A stretch of DNA of 55,151 nt, the filler included, from Jimgerdemannia flammicorona (taxonomy: Eukaryota): the NCBI GenBank assembly GCA_003990765.1. It is 3 parts of 3 records of this genome, joined end to end, with 100 filler letters (N's around TTAATTAATTAA, not from the genome) between each part and the next. Parts side by side here need not be neighbours in the genome. Positions count along the whole stretch, not along the records: positions 1 to 18,322 come from RBNJ01002239.1; 2 more parts are not named here. One strand, 5' to 3'. Below, one piece after another: positions 1 to 11,689 of this stretch (positions are counted from its first letter, which is position 1; each line of letters starts with the position of its first letter). The position numbers and the translations under genes were made by a program. The notes beneath the pieces were generated by a model. It was not told where the DNA came from. It did not search any database and worked only from the letters and a program-made list of their open reading frames with translations.

Positions 1-423
1 TCAGGCCCTTGCTCTATATGAAGGGAGTGACCCTTCACCATCACGCCAAAATACAAAGGGAAGACGCCAGCCCATAAACACCAGTTTTCGACCCCTTGCC
101 AGAGGTTATGGGATCAGCAAATTTTTCAAGACTGGACCAATGAATAAGGATGCTCAGGAAGATCCTTATTCAGGAGGAAGATGTAACAGTGACCCCAGAA
201 TGATGACATCAGCACAGGAGACAGCCTTTCTTTACAAGCCACTAGATCAGAGTACAAGAAGATCATACGGCATATGAGATGAGCAACAATGACCAACTGT
301 GAGTCATTGTGACTACAGCATAAGTATTCTGAAGAATATAAAAGAAGGATCAAGGAACCGCAGTAGCAGCAACCAACAAGAACCCCCAATCCCAAAATAG
401 CTCAAAGACTTACCACAAACAAA

Positions 424-1281
424 ATGCCTGCTGCTCATCAAACCTCAAGGTCAAGAAATCATCAAGGTATCTCGGTTGAGGAAAGGATGTTCCAAGACAT
501 CAGAAGAGCCATGAGAACCTACTCAAGAAGGACTCCTAGCATCAACCTGGGTACTGCAGACCCTTATCACTTTATCCTCTACTGCTGTGAAATGGAAACA
601 AGGATCACTATTGCCACCGAATGCCTCCAAATGTAGCAGGAGTATGAAATAGGAAACCTCCTCTGCCGGGAGTTCCCATAGGCCAGCCCTCAAGAGCTAC
701 AAGATGCCACCCCCATAGACCTACGTGAGACAAGGACAGCAAAGAAGATCCATCAGATCTTCAGGCATGCACCATGGTTGATCCCCAACTTGGAGTATGT
801 TAGAGTCTCAGACTTCAGAGACCTGTCATCCCGCTATATCAATGCACTAGAAGCCAGGGTAGCCACAGAAGCCCAGTCCACCATCACCCTTAACAACAAA
901 GAAGTAGAAGACTTCTGGTACCCTATCCTTCAGGACAACCCAGACCAATTCCTGCAAGGATTGATCTCAGTATTCTAAGGCCCAAGCATCCGAGTTAGAT
1001 CTCCCCAAGACCCCACATTTGTCCCCTATTTTGTGGAAGAGAATCTCATAGACTGGAGAGCTCCAGACCTTGTTCCCGATTTCCCCACCACAGCCAAATG
1101 TGATGACGTCATCGATGACGTCATCCCATGCGATATATTCGAAGCATGCAAACTGTGCAATGAGACATGCGAAGTACCCGAAATGCGTGACCTACATGAT
1201 GAATTCGCAGACCTTATCTCTTTCAGTGATGATGATGATGATGATGATGAAGCTCCCATGATCTTGAACTTTCTACTCTAA
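424..1281 (+). pseudogene. Disrupted accessory ORF (~285 codons or longer) downstream of integrase in Gypsy family A
   Basis: ORFs 424-636, 778-978 and 1033-1281 are in one frame. The interrupting stops (TAG, TAG, TAA) are TGG, CAG and CAA in copy 2. Ends in an acidic tail DDDDDDDEAP. Confidence 0.75.
1102..1125. promoter_or_regulatory. Perfect 24-bp palindrome made of two tandem GATGACGTCATC (CRE/ATF-type TGACGTCA) sites
   Basis: Sequence gatgacgtcatcgatgacgtcatc is seen directly. Regulatory function is inferred only. Confidence 0.4.
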
Positions 1282-1293
1282 GTTCTTTGTTAC

Positions 1294-1415
1294 ACTGGAT
1301 AATGTCAGCACTGGTATTCTCATGTAATACTGAATAATGCCAGCACTAGTATTCTGAGGTGATGTGAAATTGTTCTAGCACTGGTATTTTGATGTGGTAC
1401 TAAATAATGCCAGCC
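1294..1415 (+). repeat. ~35-bp tandem repeats within family A LTR
   Basis: Recurring ataatg(c/t)cagcact(g/a)gtatt units. Counterpart at ~12380-12470 in copy 2. Confidence 0.7.
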
Positions 1416-2399
1416 CTAGAACTTAGTAGTTTTAGTTATTGGAATTTATATTTAGCTTTATATCTTAGCAACTATTGAATTATATTTTGTATAAATACCT
1501 CTCTTATTTCCTCTGAAATAAAGTCAGTCAACTTAGTGCAATATACACACTTCCTTGCAAGCAATCTAAGAGATAACAAGACAGTTAAAGATAAGAAGTT
1601 TGAGAACTATAAGACCTTGGGAAGGCACTCCAATAAGAACTTGCTTATAACAACTTGAGTTAGTCTAAAAGATACACCTTGAAGAGAATCTGGCATATTT
1701 GAAGGACTCAGCGACCACTACATGACAATAGCTATTTTATAATTTCAGTGATACAATTTTACTACTCATCATATCAGTCTCTACTAAAGGATGGTTTGTT
1801 CTAGACTATCTTTTAGTCATTATTTCAATATCTATAAGTATCTTCTATATCAATTCCTGAACAATTATTTTTATTTATATCTAAATTACTCTATTCTACA
1901 GATTCTTCTTTTTTTTCTGAGAATAGGATTTCAATGTAATTGATATGTAATACTCAGGTAGGTAACTGAATTTATTCCTTATATATTATATAAGTAGAAC
2001 TGTATCTATAATAATGTTGAGATATTTTATTTATAGAGTATATATAACCTGTCTATAGTAATAGTATTTTTTTATATCAGATCTATGATATTTCTGATAT
2101 AAGTTTGTTTGGGAGCTGGAAGGTTCTATAACTATTCACTAATTGCAAAATAGGCCTATAGTTGATAGACTTATAGTAGGTATCTGGCTAAGATGAGATT
2201 TTCTTAATAAATCTGAATTTACTAGCAGGGACTTCTATTGGCTAGATAGAATTAAGATAGAAGAACTGAAAGTAATTGAAATGAACTAAGGATAAGAGTT
2301 TAGAGGTACTGATCAATTCTTTGATTTATTGTATGAAGGAAGATATATATATCTTAAGACAATTGATATATACTAATATTCTTAAAGTTTGTTCATCCA

Positions 2400-3400
2400 T
2401 ACTTCTTAAATAGATACTAATTTCTCTAATATTATATACAAGATAAAGTCCTTCTCATTTGGGCTCTAGTTTAGTAATAAAGTTTATTTTGATCATACTT
2501 CTCCAAACTAATACTTGATCTCCAATCTTGATCTTCTAATTCTTCTATTTTTAGTATAGTACTTCTTTTATCTTTCTTGGACTTTAATTATCTGAGCTCA
2601 GACTTGGTTATATAATTATTCTGTCTTTTTAAGAAGTTCTCTGAGATTCTCATACATAGTCAGTAGTTCTGGTTTTCTTAGCAAATATTATTTTGAATAG
2701 CTTTTGTTTAATAGAAATATATAGTAGGGATGTTCTAAATTTCCCATAGAATCTCAGATAGATAGAGGTCCCAGTTAATAGAATTAACTTGAGCAAGTCC
2801 TTTCTTGATGATTTGATTCATTTGTTCTATTATATCATTAGTTTGAGAGTAGTATAATGTGGTTTGTTTGAGATAAATCTTATAAATTTAAGCATAACTT
2901 GTAATTATATTATTGATGAATTCTGTATCTCAATTAGACATAAGTTCTTCTGAGAGTCTATATCTAAGTGTAAGTCTATAGAGGAGGCTAATGATGGTTA
3001 GGGTATTGGTAATTTTCATTGAAAAAGCTTTAGACCATTTGGTCAGATATTCTACAAATACTAAGATATATTTATTTCTCATTAGTATAATTAGTAGAGG
3101 TCCAAATATATCTAGACTCTATTTCTGGAAGATATTGTCTAGTAATATGATTGATTGTAGTAGTACTTGGTAATTCTTCTTTCTTTAGTACTTCTGACAG
3201 ATATCATACTTCTTAAGTATATTCTAGACTTGTATTCTGAGATTAGACTAATGTTAATATATTGTTCATAGCTTTTTTTCTACATTTGTTTATCTTTAGT
3301 AGACTTTCTGGTATTCTTTTTGGATGAGATCTTCTTGTACTTTGATAGTTAGAGAAGCTTTTTTTAGAATATAGTTTCTTGGTACATCTTTCTTTTAGTT
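2400..3400 (-). pseudogene. Gypsy integrase (family B), degenerate
   Basis: LDIFGPL (~3095-3118) and TTLYYSQTNDIIEQ (decayed TTPYHPQTNGxxE, ~2820-2865). Confidence 0.85.
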
Positions 3401-3449
3401 CATTAGAGTTAGTGAGAAAGTACATCAATATTGTTATAAGCTTTCCTTA

Positions 3450-4620
3450 CTTTGTGGATAATGGTAATTTTATAATCTTATAAGATAAGGATCCAGTAGA
3501 TAAGAATTCTGATAGATTTCTTATAGTTAAATAGCTATTTGAGAACAATATGATCAGTTATCAGAGTAAATCTTTTTCTAATAAGATAATATTTGAATAG
3601 AGTAACTGTCTATATAACTGTAAGATATTTTAATTTAGTACTACTATAGTTGATCTACTGCTGATTGGTAGCTCAACTTATATAAACTATCATATGGTAT
3701 TATTAGTCAGATCCTTCTTAGGCTAGAACTGCTCTGAGGCTATCTTTAGAAGTATCTGTATATAAGATAAATAACTTCTATAGATTAGACCAAATATAAA
3801 TTAGTACTATAGTTATGCAGTACTTGAGTTCTTTGAAGACTAGTTCTTATAATTCTGTCTATTTATAAGATACTTCTTTCTTGAGAAAGGTTCAGATTGA
3901 GATAGTAATTTGGACAAAATCCTTGATAAACCTTCTATAGTAGGATATCAATATTAGAAATAATAGTATTTCCTTTAAGGTCTTGGGTACTGACTAATTA
4001 TTGATCTTCTTGGTTTTCTTTGAGTCTATATAAATTTCTTCTTTTAAAACTATAAACCCAAGAAATTCAAGTTTCTGTTTTCCAAAGTAGTATTTCTTAG
4101 TATTGAGCCTCAGGTGGTTCTTGTAGATGAGCTTGAAGAACTCTTTTAGGTGATGCAGATATTCTTCAAAATTTGCTAAATAAATGTTAGAGTAATCCAT
4201 GTTTATAATTAGACAGTAGTGAATCAATAAACTATAGACTAAGTTCATCATTCTTGAGAAAGTAGAAGATATATTATAAAGTCCAAAGAGCATTTAGAGA
4301 TACTCAAACAGTTTTTTTAAAGTAAGAAAAACTGTCTTCTGAATGTTTTTGAGATCTATAGAGATTTTATGAAATCCTGCAAAAAGATCTATACTGCTGA
4401 AGTATCTGATATCTTGTAACTAGACCAAGAGATCATTGATTCTGGACAAAGAATAGATATTCTTTTCAGTAATTAAATTGAGTTTTCTATAGTCTATACA
4501 GAGTCTCTATCCTTCTTTCTTTGGTATAATAAGTATAAGACTGGTCCAAGAACTGATAGAGAATCAGATGATCCCATTGTCTAAGAGTTCTTGAATATAT
4601 TCCTTTTTAAATATCTTTAG
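3450..4620 (-). pseudogene. Gypsy reverse transcriptase and RNase H (family B), degenerate
   Basis: RT motifs RLCIDYRKLN (~4480-4510), SSIDLFAGFHKI, MLFGLYNISSTFSRMMN and LEFLGFIV. RNase H motifs ILYTDTS (TDAS) and FTLITDH. Confidence 0.9.
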
Positions 4621-5224
4621 GTAATGGGGTATTCTATAAGACTTCTGCCAGATAAGTGTTGTATCTTCTATATTTATACTATAGTGGTATAATGAGTTAT
4701 ATAGAAGATTACCATAGTTAGTAATAAAGATATCTTAATATTTATAAAGAAGTTCTACTAGTTATCACTATTACTGAGATGTTAATTTTTCTCCAATATT
4801 AGTAAAAGACTTTACTATCTCCTAAGTTACAAAGGAGTCTTTTTTTTCTTCTGAGACCTTTTGCTATTTCCTAATAGATTTAGTTCATAAACTTCTCTAT
4901 AAGTTCAGTTGAGATAGAGTACTAGATATATATTTTATAATAGTTCTTTTTAGCAAGATGATACTTTTTCAGCTCTGGTTGGTTGCTCAAGAATATACAG
5001 GATTTATCTTATCAGAAAATATATATCCTTCAATATTCAGATTTTGGATATCTTCATTGAGTTTAAAGAAGAGATTTCTGGGGTCAGATGGTATAAAGAT
5101 TTTGAAGATAGTCTGCTCTTCTAGTTCTAGGATAAGGTTCTTGTATAATTTGACTAGTTAGTAATATACTTTCTGGAGGACATTCTTTTTGAGATAATTG
5201 ACCTAGAGGAGATATACTTTCTTC

Positions 5225-5580
5225 TTGTCTGAGCTTCCAAATCCTTCAGCTTGTCTTATTCTTTCAGTCAGTTTAGGGACTTCTTATAATTGAGGAGTCT
5301 TGATTTTCATGAAGACTACTTATGCAATCTTTTGCCTATATATTCTAGATCTATAGTTTCTCCTTCTATAGTTACTTCTTATCTAACAAGTCCAGATCTT
5401 GAGATTAGTTGGATATATGTAAGTTCTTTTAGATAGTTATATAGTTAGTTCTATTCTAAATACCAATATTCTTCTAGATTTGATAGGTTCATCTTCCAAA
5501 CTATAGAGGTCATATCTCATATCTTCCTGGTGAGCTTTGGTCAGAGGTTTGGCCTTGAGATGTAGCAGGATATACTAGAC
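5225..5580 (-). pseudogene. dUTPase domain within Gypsy family B pol
   Basis: Manual translation gives all five trimeric dUTPase motifs in order, with frameshifts and a deletion: TKAHQEDMRYDLYS (1), SRSGL (2), GETIDLEYIG (3), QKIA*VVF (4), RQAEGFGSS (5). Confidence 0.85.
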
Positions 5581-6855
5581 AACATATTTGTTGAGTTCAG
5601 ATTGTCCTTAGATTAAAGCTCTATTGGTAGTAAGCCTCTAGACTCTAAGATTGAGGTACAGCTATCTAGCTTCTATGGAGAGATCTCAGAGGTAATTGAT
5701 TTCTCTTTTTCCTATAGGATTTAGGACTTCTATAAAGTTTGTAGCATCTTCTATCTATCTTTGGCAGATTATATATCTAATGAGGGTTAGGATGTCTTCT
5801 CTTAAATCATAGATCTTGAGAGTTCTTCTTTTTGATTTCTTGGTCTGGTTTTTTCAAATTTGAGTTCTATTATCTTCTCTCTTCAATATATGGACTACAA
5901 CATCCTGGCTGAGATGAATCTTCTGATGTCAGCAGTCTCAGTAGTCTGGGTATCTTTTATGATTATAATATTTCATTGCTCAAAAATATTATTCCTGATT
6001 ATTAATCTCTTATTGTCTTGGAAATTAATATCTATCTTGGTTATAGGTCAGAGGAAGGGTGACCAAGAGATATACTTCTGTTCAGATGAAGAGATCTTAT
6101 CCTCTAGCTCAGCTTTTTAGTATTATAGTGGTTTCTTGAAAGATAGTTATTTATATAATTGTGATCAGGATTTCTGGTCTACAGGATCTTTATCTTTCTT
6201 ATTGATCTAATAGATGATACTGATAGTAATAATTACAGAGAGAGTAGAAGACCAGTCTCTTTCTCTACTACCTTACTGGTTATAAGATTTGGTAGACAAT
6301 CTTCTAAGTCTCCTTTCTCTTATTCTTATCTCTTCTATCTTAAGTTGGTTTGTTATATCTACAAAAGTATAGTGGAAGGAAGGCAATGGTATTGAGTTAC
6401 CTCTTTATCAGTATCAGATTGGTATCTTTTATACTTTTTCATAATTTCTGGTACCTTTAGCTGCATCTGAAGTATATCTATTTAGTGTAGCACCTTCTTT
6501 CTTTTGCTATTATTAACAAGGTATCATCTAGTATATCATGAGCTATGTATAAAGTTGGCTAACCTTGGGTATCAATATTAGTATAGGTTATCTGTAGGTC
6601 CTCAGTATCTGTAGTAGAGCTCTCTGAACTTTGGCAAGCTTCTCAGTGAACATAGTTCTGGTGTAGATAACTGCTTTTCAGATAGAGTCAGAATGAGCAT
6701 TACAGATAGATAAAAGGACAATAATAGTGAACTAGTAAAGTACCAGGCTAGGGGTGGTCATCAGGATTGGAGTAGGTATTATCTTGGTAAGACCTTTTGA
6801 TTAGTTGACAGAAAGTAAGGTAGTATAGAAACTGATATTCTAGTTGTATCTAACT

Positions 6856-7000
6856 AGAACTGGGAGCTGATGCAGCAATAAAATTGAGGCCTGCAGGCTT
6901 GAGGAGTGGGACTTCTCTCATTTAGTAGTACCTGACTGGAACTGAGAGCTGATATAGCAACATAATTGAGACCTGTAGGCTCAGAGAGTAGAAGTGGGGC
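6856..7000. repeat. ~80-bp imperfect tandem duplication inside family B
   Basis: gaactgggagctgatgcagcaataaaattgaggcctgcaggct is followed by gaactgagagctgatatagcaacataattgagacctgtaggct. Confidence 0.7.
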
Positions 7001-8149
7001 TTTTTTAAGCCTTAGCCCATATGTCAGTCCTTTTGAGGAGATCTTGCAGATAAGTCCTTTACTTACCTACTCTGAATCTATTCTCTCTTCTATTAGCTAG
7101 TTGGGGGGTTTTTATTTGCCTCAGGCATTTGTTTAGAGTTTGGAATATTATTTCTTATTTAGTCCTGATATTGCTAGATCTAATATATAGATATGCTCTT
7201 ATATATAGTCATGATGATCCAGCTCCAGTAAATAGACAAGTTTAGTCTATATAGTGAGAGTTGGTATATCTGACATATATAGCAGAAATGGTAAGACTGT
7301 AGGACAATTTGATAGCTTAGATTAATGAGGAGATAATGTCTGGTAGATAGTGAGAGAAAGTTTTGGCTTATATAGTTTAGGTTCCTTTTTAATAAATCTG
7401 TAGGACTTTGAGTCTATAAAATAAATAAATAAAAAAAACAGAGAGAGTGAAAGACTATTTGGTACTGATATCTTCCTAGCTAAAAAGCTTTCTCATAGTG
7501 TATTTCTTATTTTGGAATAACAGTGACTATATTGAGTCCTTTTTCAATATTTTAAAGATCATTATCTTCTGGTGGTATCCAGTGAGGGTTATCCCAGGAG
7601 ATGAGTTCAGAGAGCTCTTCTTGCTTAGAAACTTTATGTTTGAGAGTTTCTTCTTTCTTAGACATTTCTTGACCCCAAACTACTTATATCTCTACAGCTT
7701 TAGTTGTGGGTATTTCTGAAATATATCTGTATTTCTTCTTTCTTTTTTTGTACTCAGAGCAGACTATACTAGGCAAATTCCTTTTTTTAATGATTCTAGA
7801 AGAGTGTTTGAGATATTTATATCTTTTGAGATAGGTGAGATATCTTTTAATTTGTCCTGCAATGGCTTCAATTGTGATAAGGATAGTATTTCTAGTCTAC
7901 ATATTATCTTCTGGCCTATCATCTACTAGGTTTATTCAGAGATTGAGTCTGGGATCATTTTTATCTTTGGATTTTTCTTCTTCTATAGTAGATTCTTCAC
8001 TGCTGACATACTTTTCTTAGATAGTAACCTTTTTCTTTTTCTTTGACTACTCATAACTGGTTATCTTAACTCTGTACTTCTTTTCTTAGTAATCAAATTT
8101 GGGTACTTGCTGGCCAATATCAATGACTGCATTTATTTCCTTCATCTAG

Positions 8150-8420
8150 TTGGTATTAAGGATTATATTATAAGTAATAACTTCAGTAATAATAGCTTTT
8201 GGGATAGAGAACTGAATGTGTTCTAGAGAAATAGTGATGTTTCATACTTCTCTAAGAGATTGAGTTTGGACTCTATCTGCTACTATAATGCTGAGATTAG
8301 ATGGTCTATCAATGGACTATTAGAGTGTGTCTAGAAATCATTTGGTAATAATACAGATAGCTGCTCTTATATCAATAAGAATTTTTGCTTTTTGTCCTCT
8401 AATATCTCTATATAGATAGA
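8150..8420 (-). pseudogene. Retroviral-type aspartic protease (family B), degenerate
   Basis: AKILIDIRAAICI is a decayed ILIDTGAAxCI (ACA->ATA, GGA->AGA). Confidence 0.7.
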
Positions 8421-8961
8421 TACTAATATATCTCTCTACAGTCTTAATAGTAGTTGGGACTAGTTCTTATTACAGAATTAAGACTCAGTCAGTGCTAAAT
8501 CTAGTAGTTGTTAATAATTTATTTTAAACTTCAGTAAGTATTAGTTGTAGAAACTATAGGAGAGAGACTTCTATTCTGACTTCTTGAATTTTTTACCAGA
8601 TTTCATTATAGATATCTCTGGATATAGTCTTCAGGATATATTTCTTCTTGGGCTTTGAGACAGTAGGCTCTTATTCTTTTTGCTCTATTTCTTCATCCTC
8701 TGGAGATAGTTTATTTGTTTCAGAAACAAAAGGTAAGAGAGACCAGAGAGATATTTCTACTTGTTCTTCTTTATATCCTTCATCTTCTTCTTAGATAATT
8801 CTTCTGCTGGTATTCCTGGATGGTCTTTCTATAGGTCTCTTCCTTTTCTCTGCTAAGTAGACTATCTTTTTAGTAAAGACCTTAGCTAAATATAAGTCTA
8901 GGTTACTGTAATCTTCACTATTGCTTTTTTCTTCAAAGTCTTCAACAGAGTGGGCTTCAGT

Positions 8962-9527
8962 TAGTGCTCCTAATGAGCCAATTTAATCTGGATTGGATTT
9001 GGATTGATTCATCCGGATACATCTGGATGGATTCGAATCAACCATTGTTGATTTCCAAATTAGACAATTAATTGTTTACATCAATAACTCAATGAATAAT
9101 CATCCAAATTTGATGATCTTGATGTCATTTGAAAGCCCTTAATAAGGCCTTTCTAATGATATAAAGTATACATTAAAATCAGATTATGCGATGCCAAGAT
9201 ATTAAGGAAACCGTTCTATTTGACAAAATTTCCAAAATCAGTGATTCAGACGTTTTCCTTCATAACTCAGCAACGCATGATCTAATTTCAATAGTATTGG
9301 TATCATTAGATAGGCCTTATTAAGGGCTTTCAAATGACACCAAGATCATCAAATTTGGATGATTATTCATCGAGTTATTGATGTAAACATTTAATTGTCT
9401 AATTTGGAAATCAAAATAATGGTTGATTTGAATCCATCTGGATGGGATTCAAATCCCATCTGAGTTGATTCAGATGGAATTCGAATCCCATCTGAATCCC
9501 ATCCAGATTGACTCATTCGGAGCACTA
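8962..9527. mobile_element. hAT-type foldback MITE (566 bp) inserted in family B
   Basis: Termini TAGTGCTCC...GGAGCACTA. Long inverted arms cover most of the element. Perfect 8-bp TSD GCTTCAGT at 8954-8961 and 9528-9535. Confidence 0.93.
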
Positions 9528-9539
9528 GCTTCAGTCTTC

Positions 9540-10700
9540 TTATACTAAGTTTCATTCTTTCAATTTGAGGGTTCTGAGTCTCTTTAGTTACTTCTTCTAT
9601 TATCACTTTAGTGATATAGTACTAAACTATCTACAGTAGAAGTACTGAACTTGAGCTCTGTTTTAGACAGGATATCTTCTTTCTTCTTACTGATAGCTTC
9701 TGTTATCTCTGAGTGAGTAACCTTGGTTTCTTTATAGTATATCCTCTATTATCTTGTGAGTAGCTCTAATTTTTATATATGGTGAGTTTTTCAATCTACT
9801 CAATCAATCAGTCCAACTTGGAACTGAGATCTTAGATTTCATTCCTATTCTTCTTTTATTCTTTGGCTGGTTTTCTTTCTTTTGATCTTTCCTGTCCTTA
9901 GAGGAGTCCTTATAGGGCTTTGACCAAGATATTCTCCTTGCCATCTTTCTTGTCATAGTTACTCTAGATAGTTTCTTGTCTAATATCAAAAAATCCTTAA
10001 ACTATATCTACTTGCTCTTCAGACCTTCTGATATCTAGAGTACAGATATACTGAGTAATATTTGGAGAAATTCTATTTATAAAGATCATTGGTCTATAAT
10101 GTCTTAGTTAGTGATATTGAACTCAGCTATATGAATTCTCTTTTGGATTCTTATAAAGAATATTCTAGGTGATTCTCCAAAATTTATCTTTATTTCTATA
10201 ATAAATTCTTGAGCCTTATAGTGAGTCTCATTTTCTGTATACTTCTCAATGAGTCAGTGGGTCATGGCTTCATACTCTACTAGTCAGATTGGTACTACAT
10301 AGATAGTTACTCTAAGATTCAAATATATATTATTTTTTATTCTAGTGAAAATTCCTTTAGCTGGCTCTCTGAGTTGAGTCTTATAGATGATAACTTTTCT
10401 TTCAAAAGAGAGATTCTTCAGGACTGTGATTCCTTTAATTTTATTAAGAAATTCTCTTAGCTCTTTTTTCAGATATTCTGCAAAGGATAGCAATAGAGTG
10501 GCCATTTTATCATCACTGTCTTCTAATTCTAATTCTGGTTCTAATTCTGGTTCTAATTCTGATTCTAGTTCTAATTCTGATTCTGATTTACTTTCTGAAT
10601 TATTGCTAAAGTTCAGAACACTTGGATATCCTGAGAATAGTATTATAGATCTTAGATAAGATATAATAAGTCTGGGTATTCTTGAAGGAGCTACTTCTTA
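9540..10700 (-). pseudogene. gag-like region of family B, degenerate
   Basis: Lies upstream of the protease. ORF 10284-10505 (FLNKIKGITVLKN...KTQLREPAK) resembles a retrotransposon capsid N-terminus. Preceded by a Ser/Glu-rich repeat. Confidence 0.55.
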
Positions 10701-11689
10701 TTCTTCTTATTCTATGATAGCTGATAATAGAGATTCAATAGGCAAAATTAGTAGAACTTCTACAGGAAATCAGATTTATATAATGAGATCTTCAAGTTGT
10801 TATCAAGCTTGTCAAAGACTTTAGCAGGACTATCTATATAATCTGATTGATCTGATTGATCTGATAGTAAGTCTATTGATACTGGCTAAGGATTCTATAC
10901 TATACTGGCTTCTTGTTGAGATCCTTTTAATAGTAGATAGTTGGTAAGTCTTGAAGTAATTACTTCTCTTCCTGTCTAAATACTGATAATGACTAGTTCT
11001 CCTATAATAGTAGAGATTGGGGTTATATCAAATATATCTAGTTTGACTATAGGTTTTTGTAAGCTGAAAAGTTATATTAATTTTGAAATTTTTCAGTTGA
11101 GAGTTCTTGTGCAGATTTTGAAATCTTTCTAGTTAAGTCTCCAAATATAATATGTCTGGCTCAATAGAGGCAAATTACAAGATTAGAGGTTGATGTAGTT
11201 TAGCTTAAGCCCCCAGTTACTTTGTTAAAAAGTAACAAAATGTTTGAAGATTTTTAGTATCTTTATTGGTATTTAATAATATAATAGTCAAATTTGAATA
11301 TAGTAGTCAATTTTGGTAATTTTCTTATTAAGATAGTTCTTAGGTATATAGGTGATTTGTATATAGTATAAATGGATTCTTTATATAATTTCTGTATGAT
11401 AGTCTCTATATAGTATGATAATCTCTATATATATAATGATTTCTATATAGTATGATAATCTCTAAAAGTATGTAATTTCTATATAATAATCTTATAAGTA
11501 GATTTTCTAATAAGTAGTAGATTGGTAGATAACTTAATTTGATATAGATTTTTTCTAAATTGGTGAGCTTTTTGAATAATAACTCAGATAGCAAATTATT
11601 AATAAAGTTATATCAAAGACTGACTTTATTTATATAGGGCTATATATATTAGATAAACTAGCTCTACTGTGAAGTTGTATTCAATTTGA

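Larger units (their letters stand above)
1..1727 (+). mobile_element. Ty3/Gypsy LTR retrotransposon family A, copy 1: 3' accessory region and 3' LTR (5' part outside window)
   Basis: Reverse-complement match to ~12020-13725, which follows a Gypsy integrase. Homology ends at ...CTACATGACA (1727), a canonical CA LTR end. TATA-like GTATAAATA at ~1489 and AATAAA at ~1517. LTR 5' boundary not resolved. Confidence 0.85.
1728..11650 (-). mobile_element. Ty3/Gypsy LTR retrotransposon family B, near full length, heavily C->T mutated, 3' end interrupted by family A copy 1
   Basis: Minus-strand domain order gag, PR, (unknown), dUTPase, RT, RNaseH, IN, recognisable from degenerate motifs. Possible PBS TGGGGGCTT at 11207-11215. 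5' boundary approximate. Confidence 0.85.

Noticed and set aside
11198..11215. Firm tRNA-Pro primer-binding site for family B
   Set aside because: Only TGGGGGCT matches and the rest is too decayed, so it is noted as possible and not called as a feature.
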